20,000 bases of DNA from Nitrospirae bacterium MYbin3 (lineage in GTDB: Bacteria; Nitrospirota; Thermodesulfovibrionia; Thermodesulfovibrionales; Dissulfurispiraceae): NCBI GenBank assembly GCA_002753335.1, contig PEAD01000002.1:173478-193477 (forward strand), in the 5' to 3' direction. Under the pieces are notes generated by a model. The model ran no database searches. It was not told where the DNA came from and saw only the letters and a list, made by a program, of their open reading frames with translations. Each line of letters starts with the position of its first letter. Position 1 is the stretch's first letter. The position numbers and the translations under genes are program-made. Shown piece after piece: positions 1 through 8,804 of this stretch.

Positions 1-287
1 AAATCCTTATATCCATCATCAAATGAAAGAATCAACTTCGGCTTACCAGACACAGCTAAACTGTTTAGATTTTCGAATGTTGTCAGTTCAAAGTTCTTTT
101 TTATAAACAATAGTAATTCGTTGAAAATTGCTGGAGTTAGAGACTGATACGCGCTACCATCTTTCTCTGAAACACGATGCAAGTTGAGTATTGTAAGCAC
201 ACCCGCTTTACGAATTACAATTATTCTTAACTTCAAAATAATTTGATTAGCAAAACTAAATAACGCAATATTCTTAATTATTTTCAT
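1..287 (-). CDS. Polysaccharide deacetylase (NodB/CE4 family), N-terminal part; runs off the window edge
   Basis: Not in the ORF track. Manual translation from ATG at 287 gives MKIIKNIALF...ILNLHRVSEKDG...LTPAIFNELLLFIKKNF...KPKLILSFDDGYKD, with the HRV and (T/S)FDDG motifs of CE4 deacetylases. An in-frame GTG at 299 is an alternative start. Confidence 0.85.
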   Translation of the reverse strand, partial: MKIIKNIALFSFANQIILKLRIIVIRKAGVLTILNLHRVSEKDGSAYQSLTPAIFNELLLFIKKNFELTTFENLNSLAVSGKPKLILSFDDGYKD

Positions 288-300
288 CAAAACAACCACA

Positions 301-1428
301 TCATCTAGCCTCATTTCTACCCAGTATCTTGCGAATTGCATTGCACTGCTGATCTATTTCTTCATCACTAAGGTTAAATGCACAAGAAAGGTTAATGCCT
401 CGTGACGATATATCGTATGCAACTAAGTTTTTGTCCTTATATTTAGCTTCATATTCTGGATATGCGGGGAGAGACGAAAGCGGGTAAAAAAACGGACGCG
501 ATGGAAGTCCCATATCCTCTATCTGACGCATAGCCTGCTTCTTTGTCATGTTGTGTGATTTACCAAACACTAGTGCGGTTGTCCACACACCATTCACACC
601 ACCTTCAGGCTCAGTATTGAAATATATATCCTCTATATTTGATAAGCGTTCTTTGTATTTATAGAATAACTCACGTTTCTTATCTACAAGCTCTTCAATC
701 CTTTGGAACTGGGCATATCCAAGTGCTGCCTGAAGGTTAAAAGGCATATATTTATATGTAACCTCAGAATTGTAATACGGAATACCTGCAACCCTTCCGT
801 GGTCACGTAGAAACATGCAACGCTCATAAAGATTATCGTCATCTAAGAGAAGCATTCCACCCTCGCCGGTTGTTATAGTTTTTGTTCTATGAAAGCTGAA
901 AACCGAACCGATACCAAATTTTCCAGCCCTTACTCCTTTATACATAGAACCTACTGCCTCCGCAGCATCTTCAACAAGAGGTATGCCGTGTCTTTCTGAT
1001 ATAGCTATAAGAGCATCCATGTTGGGCATGTTGCCGTATAGATCGACTGCTATAATAGCCTTGGTTTTTGAAGTAATGCTCCTTTCAACTGATGAGGCAT
1101 CAATGCACCAATGTATGGAATCTATGTCACAAAAAACAGGTTCTGCACGAAGATATGTAATCGGAGCAGCAGTCGCAATCCATGTACATTCAGGGCATAT
1201 AACCTCATCGCCATTTTTTATTCCTATTGCAGTAAGCAGCAGATGTATTGATGTAGTGCAATTGGGAGTCATTATGCCGTATTTACGCCCGTGATAAGCA
1301 GCAAATTCTTTTTGAAATGTTTCTACATAATAGTATGCATTCTCATACCATCCGTCGCGCATGGCATCCTCTACTATTTTAATTTCATGATCTGTTATCC
1401 ATGGTCCTGCCATAAAAAACTTTCCCAT
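301..1428 (-). CDS. DegT/DnrJ/EryC1/StrS PLP-dependent sugar aminotransferase, perosamine-synthase-like
   Basis: 375 aa with EDAAEAVG, SFHRTKTITTGEGGM (PLP lysine) and RPFFYPL. Its ATG overlaps the upstream stop (TAATG). Confidence 0.9.
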   Translation of the reverse strand: MGKFFMAGPWITDHEIKIVEDAMRDGWYENAYYYVETFQKEFAAYHGRKYGIMTPNCTTSIHLLLTAIGIKNGDEVICPECTWIATAAPITYLRAEPVFCDIDSIHWCIDASSVERSITSKTKAIIAVDLYGNMPNMDALIAISERHGIPLVEDAAEAVGSMYKGVRAGKFGIGSVFSFHRTKTITTGEGGMLLLDDDNLYERCMFLRDHGRVAGIPYYNSEVTYKYMPFNLQAALGYAQFQRIEELVDKKRELFYKYKERLSNIEDIYFNTEPEGGVNGVWTTALVFGKSHNMTKKQAMRQIEDMGLPSRPFFYPLSSLPAYPEYEAKYKDKNLVAYDISSRGINLSCAFNLSDEEIDQQCNAIRKILGRNEAR

Positions 1429-2105
1429 TAATCCAAAACCTCTCGATTGCGTATTATTGATTTTGCTGGCACACCAACTACAGTAATGTTATCAGGCACA
1501 TCCTTTGTAACCACCGCTCCAGCGCCAACAATTGCATCTTTACCTATTGTTATTCTAGGCAACACAGTTGCTCCTGCGCATATCCAAGCATTTATTCCAA
1601 CATGTACAAGTCCGCACAATGTAGCCCCAGGCGATATGTCAACACCATCATCTAAAACAACTTCGTGGTCAAGGCTTGCATTAGTGTTAATAATGCATTG
1701 TCTGCCGATTTTAGTTTCCGAAGTAACTATAGCACCAGCAAGAATCTGTGAGCCTTCCCCAATTTCAGAATTATCATCAATCCAAGCTGCAGGATGAATA
1801 ATCGTCACTGGCTTTAACCTTTCACTCACAAATCGTTCATGCAATTTTAATCTTTCCCTTCCATAAGGAGGTCCTATTGTAATACTAAAACCTATTTCAT
1901 CTCGATTTTTCTTGATAAGCCATTCCTCTATATAATCTCCTTTAAACAATGGTACATCTTTAAACGGCGGAATTAACCCTTCTGTATCATCAAAAACAGC
2001 CAACAACCTTGAACCATAATATTCTATTATTGGCCTTGTTACCTTTGCCTGACCAGTTCCCCCATAAAAAATTATCAAAGGAGGCAGTTTGAAAATATTC
2101 TTCAT
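1428..2105 (-). CDS. NeuD/PglD/PerB-type hexapeptide-repeat sugar acetyltransferase
   Basis: N-terminal YGGTGQAK Rossmann-like motif, hexapeptide repeats, DHE (putative catalytic His) and C-terminal GAGAVVTKDVP..VGVPAK. ATG at 2105 is preferred over the track's 2138 start because it follows the upstream stop without a long overlap. Confidence 0.88.
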   Translation of the reverse strand: MKNIFKLPPLIIFYGGTGQAKVTRPIIEYYGSRLLAVFDDTEGLIPPFKDVPLFKGDYIEEWLIKKNRDEIGFSITIGPPYGRERLKLHERFVSERLKPVTIIHPAAWIDDNSEIGEGSQILAGAIVTSETKIGRQCIINTNASLDHEVVLDDGVDISPGATLCGLVHVGINAWICAGATVLPRITIGKDAIVGAGAVVTKDVPDNITVVGVPAKSIIRNREVLD

Positions 2106-2112
2106 ATAGTTT

Positions 2113-3507
2113 TTAGTAACGAATACCGTCTTTTTCAAGAAGATTACTGAACTCTTCCTTTACATGATCACCCTGTCTGAAAATAAGACTTTCAAGATAG
2201 TTAGATTCTGATATTGACTTAGATGCTTTATCGGTAAGTTCAATATCTATCAAGCTTCTAATCCATTGTTCGTCAATATTGTACTTAATAAAAAATGTAC
2301 CTAACTTGGATAAATTTTTAATTCTTCTCTGAGTACAAGAATCAAATTTAATCGCGCCGATTCCACTATAAAGATCATAAGATATATCATCACCATGCAA
2401 AGCAATATTATTGTTTTTGCAATAATCATATAATATTGTACCTGGGTATACCATAAGAGGAAAAGTTGCTGTAAAGGAGCCGCCAGCCACACGCTGACCA
2501 AGTTTTATCGTATCAATTGCATCTCCGATAGGATCTGCAACAGGTAACCCAATAATAAGTTCTATTTTAACCCTAATATTATACGATTTAAGCCTATCGA
2601 TAGCATTTTTTATCATCGATTCACTCTGATACTGACGATTAAATAATCTTAAAGACTCCGGACGTGATGTCTGAACTCCCATAGCTACAGTAGTTACAAG
2701 CCCTGATAGTATCTCTATTGTTTTATCTGATGCTCTAACAACAGTATTAGGATTGACAAATCCATATATAGGTAAGTTAATTTTTTGTTTCCATGCTGAA
2801 GAGAACTCACTTAACCAAGACTCTATTTGGTCACCATATAACATATCATCATCGCCCAATGTAACTTCCTTGGTTGGAAATTCTAAAAAAATACTGGCCT
2901 CTTCAATTAGATTCTTAATAGGTCGGCGTGTAAGCCAGAATTTCTTATATTCATCAGGAGAGTATGCTTTCTTAACCCGTGAAGTTGAGCAGAAAGAGCA
3001 ATTATATGGGCAGCCAAAGTGAGACATAATAGCTTTACGGTGACGGCTACCAATGCGAGGAATATCTGTGTAATACTCACGCTTAGCAGGCATAATTTGA
3101 TCAATAGGAATGAGGTTCCCCTTTACAACCAATCCACTAGATCCCCGGTTATTAATAATATTATCAATTGTTCCGAAAACCGGTCCAACAACAATAATAT
3201 CAATCTCTTCCAACTCGACCACTTCTGGCAAAGCTGATACATGTGCTCCACCAAATACTGAACTCACCCCAGGTATAATTTTTTTAATTTTATGAGCTAA
3301 TTCCCTCGCCGATTTGAAAAATGTGGTCAAAGGCGAAAAACATATAAAATCAGGTTTGTATTGTATTACATTTTCAAGTACACCATCAAAATCAGCATCA
3401 AACCATTTAATCTTATGGCCGCTTTTCAATATCTCAGCAGCAACAAATTCTAAACCATACATACAATCAGTCCCCATGTGAAAAAGAGCAAATTTTTTTA
3501 TCGGCAT
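2113..3507 (-). CDS. Cobalamin-binding-domain radical SAM protein (class B methylase-like)
   Basis: 464 aa. N-terminal B12-binding-like region (PDFICFS...VFGGAHVS), cluster motif CPYNCSFC, then GVQT, IIGLP and YPGT. Confidence 0.85.
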   Translation of the reverse strand: MPIKKFALFHMGTDCMYGLEFVAAEILKSGHKIKWFDADFDGVLENVIQYKPDFICFSPLTTFFKSARELAHKIKKIIPGVSSVFGGAHVSALPEVVELEEIDIIVVGPVFGTIDNIINNRGSSGLVVKGNLIPIDQIMPAKREYYTDIPRIGSRHRKAIMSHFGCPYNCSFCSTSRVKKAYSPDEYKKFWLTRRPIKNLIEEASIFLEFPTKEVTLGDDDMLYGDQIESWLSEFSSAWKQKINLPIYGFVNPNTVVRASDKTIEILSGLVTTVAMGVQTSRPESLRLFNRQYQSESMIKNAIDRLKSYNIRVKIELIIGLPVADPIGDAIDTIKLGQRVAGGSFTATFPLMVYPGTILYDYCKNNNIALHGDDISYDLYSGIGAIKFDSCTQRRIKNLSKLGTFFIKYNIDEQWIRSLIDIELTDKASKSISESNYLESLIFRQGDHVKEEFSNLLEKDGIRY

Positions 3508-3578
3508 ATTAATCCTCCTCAGTAAATTACCACCGACATTGTAAGTGGCTTTAAACTACAACTCCTGACATTGTTATA

Positions 3579-4802
3579 TTACCCATTCTGCTTTTTTGCA
3601 ACAATAAACTCAATATCGTTAATTACATTAATAAAACGTTTTGATAAAGGAAGTAAGTTATCTTGGTTTCTATATCGTTTTCTAACTACAGTTTGCCTAG
3701 CTATTGTACTACACAAGAAAGGCAATTCTTCTGCATAAAAAGCAGCATCAACATCAAAATTAGTTTTAGCAAAATGCCTATGATATACAATTGAGAATAC
3801 CGTATGTCCACAAATATATGCTTCATAAAGTAATGTACTAATAAATCCAATAAATATTTTAGGGGCTCCAGATAACAAATCATCCTTACTACGAGTATCA
3901 ATACATTGAAGCAAGCCATCAGGAAGTACATTTGTATCTGATGGATGAGGTCTATATGTGTGATTAATTTTATTTTTTTTCAATAAATTTGATAATTCTT
4001 GAAAAATATCCGAAAATGGTGACCCTTCGTCAGTACCAACAAGAACAACATCCCTAATACCTTCATCCCTAACATGTGGTATATCCCATGGTGGCCCCAT
4101 AATGAAAAATTCAGAATTTTTGATATATTTAGAGTAATATTTCTTTGAAGTTTCGTTATATAGGACATTAAAGGGGGTTCTCTCTCCAGCTCTTACAACT
4201 AAATCGTCATTTACAACAAAATCAGCATACATGCCGTGCTGAATACATAAAACTCGAAATACAGAATTAAACTGATTAGCCAAGGATGAAAAAAACATAT
4301 CTTGAGGGTGAGTGTCTGAAGTTAAGATTAGATAACAAATTTCTTTCTGTAATGAAAATAACCTATAGAACCTATACATCTCACTTTCCAAGCTTTTTGT
4401 ATTATTTTCGAAATAAGCTTTATAAAAAAAATAAACAATGTTGTGAACTAGAATAAATGCAATCCTATTTCTTAACGCATAAATCACATCTGACTTACTT
4501 CTTGCAATAATCAATACTTCGTCGCTTTTTAGACCATTTAAAAGCTGTTTATATCTCAGTCCAACAAAAATAAACTTCTTATTTTTACTCATTATAATAC
4601 CAAAAGCATTCATAATATTTATAAAATATCTCTTTATCCAAAATTTTTTGTTGTTCTCAAAATAAAGCTGTGTTTGTAACATAAAACCTTTATTTAATTT
4701 GCCTATATAAAAGAGATCTAACTTCTTCATTACAGCATTATAATCATTTAACATTATTTTGCATATATCATCTATCTCGTATTTTTTTTTGTATTTTTTC
4801 AT
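3579..4802 (-). CDS. Hypothetical protein, putative GT-B glycosyltransferase (nonulosonate-transferase-like)
   Basis: 407 aa, visibly AT-rich. Contains CIQHG, YRPHPSD and FISTLLYEA motifs typical of sialyltransferase and capsule-polymerase-like proteins. Lies directly downstream of pseI. Confidence 0.5.
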   Translation of the reverse strand: MKKYKKKYEIDDICKIMLNDYNAVMKKLDLFYIGKLNKGFMLQTQLYFENNKKFWIKRYFINIMNAFGIIMSKNKKFIFVGLRYKQLLNGLKSDEVLIIARSKSDVIYALRNRIAFILVHNIVYFFYKAYFENNTKSLESEMYRFYRLFSLQKEICYLILTSDTHPQDMFFSSLANQFNSVFRVLCIQHGMYADFVVNDDLVVRAGERTPFNVLYNETSKKYYSKYIKNSEFFIMGPPWDIPHVRDEGIRDVVLVGTDEGSPFSDIFQELSNLLKKNKINHTYRPHPSDTNVLPDGLLQCIDTRSKDDLLSGAPKIFIGFISTLLYEAYICGHTVFSIVYHRHFAKTNFDVDAAFYAEELPFLCSTIARQTVVRKRYRNQDNLLPLSKRFINVINDIEFIVAKKQNG

Positions 4803-4841
4803 AAATGTTATAAGTTAGTTACACCACTTCTCTGTAAGCTT

Positions 4842-5894
4842 TCATCCAATTAATTCCCACTTCAAAGCAGTTCCGCGTCTTATATCCCGATTAACCGTCT
4901 TTCCTAATAGTTGTTCAAAATGTTTCGGTTGCATACCATACCCTGGTCTTATTGCCCTCAAATTTTCATGTGTTAGTTTATCACCGGCCTTAATGTCTTT
5001 AACAACATACAATGAGCGTCGAAACTTAATTGATATCTTTTCGTCAGCGCTTAATTCATAACTTATTGTGCCGAGAGACTTCCAAGCTCTTGAAGTTTCT
5101 TGCACAAAAATCTTCATTTCATCAGGCTCTATAGAAAAAGCGCTATCCACACCTCCATCAGTGCGACTCAGCGTAAAGTGCTTCTCAATAACGGTTGCAC
5201 CTAAAGCTACGCTCGCAACAGCAACACCTACCCCCATAGTATGGTCTGACAATCCAACTTCACACTTGAACATTTCACGAATATGCGGAATAGTTAAAAT
5301 ATTTGAATTCTCAGGCATTGCAGGATAGGCGCTGGTGCATTTCAGAAGAATTATATCCTTACATCCAGCTTCACGAGCACATTCAACAGCTTCATGAAGT
5401 TCAGCAATGTTTGCCATGCCTGTTGAAATAATCAATGGCTTGCCTGTATAAGCAACTTTACGAATAAGAGGCAGATGATTATTTTCGAAGGATGCTATTT
5501 TATACGCCGGCACATTTAACTCTTCAAGAAAGTCAACGGCTGTTTCATCAAAAGGAGTACTAAAACAGATTAGCCCAAGTTCCCGGCAGCGATCGAGAAT
5601 AGGTTTATGCCATTCCCATGGGGTATACGCTTGCTTATAAAGATTATATAGCGAATTGCCCTTCCATAGGCTATTTGAATCTGAAATATAAAAATCACCT
5701 TCTGCAATATCAATAGTAATGGTATCAGCAGTATAAGTCTGCAACTTTAGTGCATGAGATCCAGAATGAAATACAGCATCTACTATTGCAAGAGCACGAT
5801 CCAGAGACTTATTATGATTACCAGACATTTCTGCAATAATAAATGGTTCCTGATTAAGTCCTATCCTTTTATTGCCTATGGTTAAATTTTTCAT
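4842..5894 (-). CDS. pseI: Pseudaminic acid synthase (NeuB family with C-terminal SAF domain)
   Basis: IIAEMSGNHN, KLQTYTADTIT, AYTPWEWH, YKIASFE, LSDHT, IEKHFTL, VDSAFS and FRRSLY. Start at 5894 overlaps the upstream stop (ATGA), so it is preferred over 5966. Confidence 0.93.
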   Translation of the reverse strand: MKNLTIGNKRIGLNQEPFIIAEMSGNHNKSLDRALAIVDAVFHSGSHALKLQTYTADTITIDIAEGDFYISDSNSLWKGNSLYNLYKQAYTPWEWHKPILDRCRELGLICFSTPFDETAVDFLEELNVPAYKIASFENNHLPLIRKVAYTGKPLIISTGMANIAELHEAVECAREAGCKDIILLKCTSAYPAMPENSNILTIPHIREMFKCEVGLSDHTMGVGVAVASVALGATVIEKHFTLSRTDGGVDSAFSIEPDEMKIFVQETSRAWKSLGTISYELSADEKISIKFRRSLYVVKDIKAGDKLTHENLRAIRPGYGMQPKHFEQLLGKTVNRDIRRGTALKWELIG

Positions 5895-6592
5895 TTTTCT
5901 CCAATTAGTTTGCGACCTAAATAAAATGCCTCGGCCGCTTCGACACCTACAAATGCCCCCCTCCATCTGGCCAAATGTTCAACAGCCTTTATAGAACGCG
6001 CATGAGGCCAAGGTCTCATTTCAGACTTATATGACTGAAGCGCATTTAACTTGATGGACAGCGTACTGCTCACATCTTCAAACCAATTCGGAGTAAAGGC
6101 CTGTGATAAATCAGGAGCCTGCCAACCTGTGCTCGAAGAGACTTCAAAAAATAATATTTCTCTTAAATGGTTTTCAGGCTGAGGCCGACAGGCAACCATA
6201 ACTGCCGAATTTACTATTCTGTGATCGATATTTAGGTCTCCAAAATGGTGAGTATAAACAATATCAGGCTTTATATGTTTTAGATGAGCTTCAATTATTT
6301 TAACTATCATTAACATATCAACAGAATCCATCCTATTATCCGGCAGGTCATGGAAGTTAAGAGACTTAACCCCAAGTATTGAATTAGCCTTAGTAGAGGA
6401 ACCCTTAAGGCGACGCAAGTCATCATTTCTCTTTCTTAGGCTGCAATTTTCATCACGGCCTGTTATCCCTTCTGCAAGAATAACTACATGCACCTCATCG
6501 CGGTTAATAGAGTGTTTTGCCATAGTTGCGCCACAGCCGAGCACTTCATCGTCAGGGTGAGCAGCTACAACCAATATACGCTTGGGTTTCAT
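5891..6592 (-). CDS. PIG-L/LmbE family de-N-acetylase
   Basis: AHPDDE metal motif, DLNIDH and HARS...AEAF. Start at 6592 forms an ATGA overlap with the upstream gene. Confidence 0.9.
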   Translation of the reverse strand: MKPKRILVVAAHPDDEVLGCGATMAKHSINRDEVHVVILAEGITGRDENCSLRKRNDDLRRLKGSSTKANSILGVKSLNFHDLPDNRMDSVDMLMIVKIIEAHLKHIKPDIVYTHHFGDLNIDHRIVNSAVMVACRPQPENHLREILFFEVSSSTGWQAPDLSQAFTPNWFEDVSSTLSIKLNALQSYKSEMRPWPHARSIKAVEHLARWRGAFVGVEAAEAFYLGRKLIGEK

Positions 6593-7386
6593 AACCTCCT
6601 CGCTAAACAAGCCATTATATGTTTTTCCATCTTAAAGCTACCATGGGTGTTAAAATGGTCCTCGATATCAAGCAATATAGCATTCTCATGTGCAGAAGAG
6701 AAAAAAGTTGATGCCTTCCAATAATCCATAAGAACCTTAGATGATGGGTAGCTAATCATATTTTTGAATGTTTCAGTATTTATGGATAAATATTGTGATA
6801 ATATTGGAATAACCTCGTGTTCCATAAAGGTAGATGAACTACGTTTTACAATATCCGGAAGAATAAAATGTCTTTCAATTATTTCAAAAAGAGGAGAATT
6901 GTTATTGCCATAAGGCCCGACTATAAGGATTGTTCCATCATAAGCCAAATTGTCAATCATCTGCTCCAAAGTTTTTTTTGTATCTGTAGAATAATACAGT
7001 CCATAAAAACAGGATATAAGATCAAATTTTTGATTACTAATCTCGTGGTCATCAAACATATCTTCCATAGCAACCTTCTTCAGAATGTATCCAGTAGCCC
7101 CTATTGACCGAAGCCTTGAATCTGCGGCCTGAAGAGATTCCTGAGATATATCCACCCCTATAAGCAAGACATTCCTATTATTTGCTGCGTATTTCAATAA
7201 TTGGTTTCCTGTGCCGCAACAAATATCGAGAATAGATGTAAATTGAATTTTATTTATTAAGCAATCAACCCATCCGTCAAAATCATTAGTCCCATAATTT
7301 TTATTAACTTCTGACCTTTGCTTAAGGTTTGGGGTACTAGTTGCGCTATGCATCAATTCGCTATGAGTATCAGATTTTATGTTCAT
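6589..7386 (-). CDS. Class I SAM-dependent methyltransferase
   Basis: Motif I ILDICCGTG, followed by GVDIS and FDLISCFYGLYY. An AGGAGG RBS lies upstream. Confidence 0.88.
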   Translation of the reverse strand: MNIKSDTHSELMHSATSTPNLKQRSEVNKNYGTNDFDGWVDCLINKIQFTSILDICCGTGNQLLKYAANNRNVLLIGVDISQESLQAADSRLRSIGATGYILKKVAMEDMFDDHEISNQKFDLISCFYGLYYSTDTKKTLEQMIDNLAYDGTILIVGPYGNNNSPLFEIIERHFILPDIVKRSSSTFMEHEVIPILSQYLSINTETFKNMISYPSSKVLMDYWKASTFFSSAHENAILLDIEDHFNTHGSFKMEKHIMACLARRL

Positions 7387-8068
7387 GCCCTCTACCTCCT
7401 AAAGTCATTTTTTCAATTTTCAATAAATATATTTCTCCTTCTATCTCAAAAAAAGCCGGATAACGTTCATTATCAGCTACGCGAAACAAATTAAACTGTT
7501 CTTTTATTGTCTTATCAGGATTCAGCTTACTATCTTTTTTTGAACGTTTTTTGTAAAAAGTTGACTCACCATACTGTTCAACACCTTTTTCAACTATGCC
7601 AGGATATTCATTGATAAAGCGAATGCACATTCGTATGGTAGTCTCAGCCTGTATCCTTCTAAGTTCACCTGCAAGCTCGGTGCCGTTGAACTTCATTACA
7701 TCCTTTATATATATCTTACCGCTGTCAACATATTCCGACGCTTCAAGGAGACACACGGGTATCTCACTTTTTCCTTCAAGTATCTGCCATGTAAGTGGAG
7801 CCCAACCTTTTCCACTCGGCAAATCGCTTTCATGGATAACGAGATTATGGCGATTTCTCGAAAGAACTTCTCTGGAAACTATTTGACCACAACTTAGAAA
7901 AAAAGCAATATCCCCTGGTAATATTTCATTTGAATTATGCACTATACTGACACTATGATTATCTTTTACAAGTTTATTTGCAAGTTCTGGAATATATTCG
8001 CCAATCCAACTGTCAGAATCAGAAAGTATCGTTATATGCAAACTTAAATCAGGCATTTTATATTGCAT
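7370..8068 (-). CDS. Formyltransferase-fold protein (Fmt/ArnA N-domain-like), atypical active site
   Basis: HESDLPSGKGWAPL corresponds to the HxSLLPxxRG motif; also VDSG and a C-terminal RYPAFF. Confidence 0.8.
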   Translation of the reverse strand: MQYKMPDLSLHITILSDSDSWIGEYIPELANKLVKDNHSVSIVHNSNEILPGDIAFFLSCGQIVSREVLSRNRHNLVIHESDLPSGKGWAPLTWQILEGKSEIPVCLLEASEYVDSGKIYIKDVMKFNGTELAGELRRIQAETTIRMCIRFINEYPGIVEKGVEQYGESTFYKKRSKKDSKLNPDKTIKEQFNLFRVADNERYPAFFEIEGEIYLLKIEKMTLGGRGHEHKI

Positions 8069-8799
8069 ATATCATCTTCAAAATCATTAAGCCTGTCTTT
8101 ATAATCCTTAACTGTCTCAACAGTCACCTTATTTCCATCAGGGATTAATTTCATTATTGCCTTGATATCATAATTACCTTCCCCAATATGATCATGCCTG
8201 TCATATGCACTATGATAATCACCATCGGTCAGATGAAATATTTCAGGCTTTAGGCAAAAAAATTCATCAATGAATTCCATAGGGTCTTTATTTAAGCCTC
8301 TTGCAGCGCAAAAAGCGTGGCCAATGTCCAAGCAGCAGCCTATGCTAGCTTCGTTCATCAAAAATCCAATTTCTCCAGCCGTTGCACCGTTACAGATAAG
8401 TCCGTCAAATAATGCATAATAAGGTTTGTTTTCCACCAAAAGCCTGTGGTCATTTATCTCAATTAACTGTCTTGCAGTTTCGTTGATATCGCCTGCTACT
8501 CCTGGATGAACAATTATCTTCTCAACTGACAGACTGTCAGCAAAATGCATCGTTTCTTTGATTAAGTTCATGTTCCGCTCTTTAGACTCGCTCTTGGCGA
8601 GGTTTAGTCCTGATTGATAATGAGGCGCATGTATCACATAAGGTATCCCGAGACTTTTCCAAAGATTAATCACATCACCAGAAGTATCTGGCAAATAATA
8701 TATTTCAATGTATTGATATACCCCTTTATCATACATCCGAACGGCGTCTCTAATATAATTCTCATTATTAGACCAAAGCTTGAGCCCAAATTGAAACAT
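8044..8799 (-). CDS. Xylose isomerase/endonuclease IV-like TIM-barrel metalloprotein
   Basis: Metal-ligand motifs IHAPH, IVHPG, VENKP, CLDIGHA, FHLTDG, DRHDHIGEG and VTVET. Confidence 0.82.
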   Translation of the reverse strand: MFQFGLKLWSNNENYIRDAVRMYDKGVYQYIEIYYLPDTSGDVINLWKSLGIPYVIHAPHYQSGLNLAKSESKERNMNLIKETMHFADSLSVEKIIVHPGVAGDINETARQLIEINDHRLLVENKPYYALFDGLICNGATAGEIGFLMNEASIGCCLDIGHAFCAARGLNKDPMEFIDEFFCLKPEIFHLTDGDYHSAYDRHDHIGEGNYDIKAIMKLIPDGNKVTVETVKDYKDRLNDFEDDICNIKCLI

Positions 8800-8804
8800 T
8801 TATT

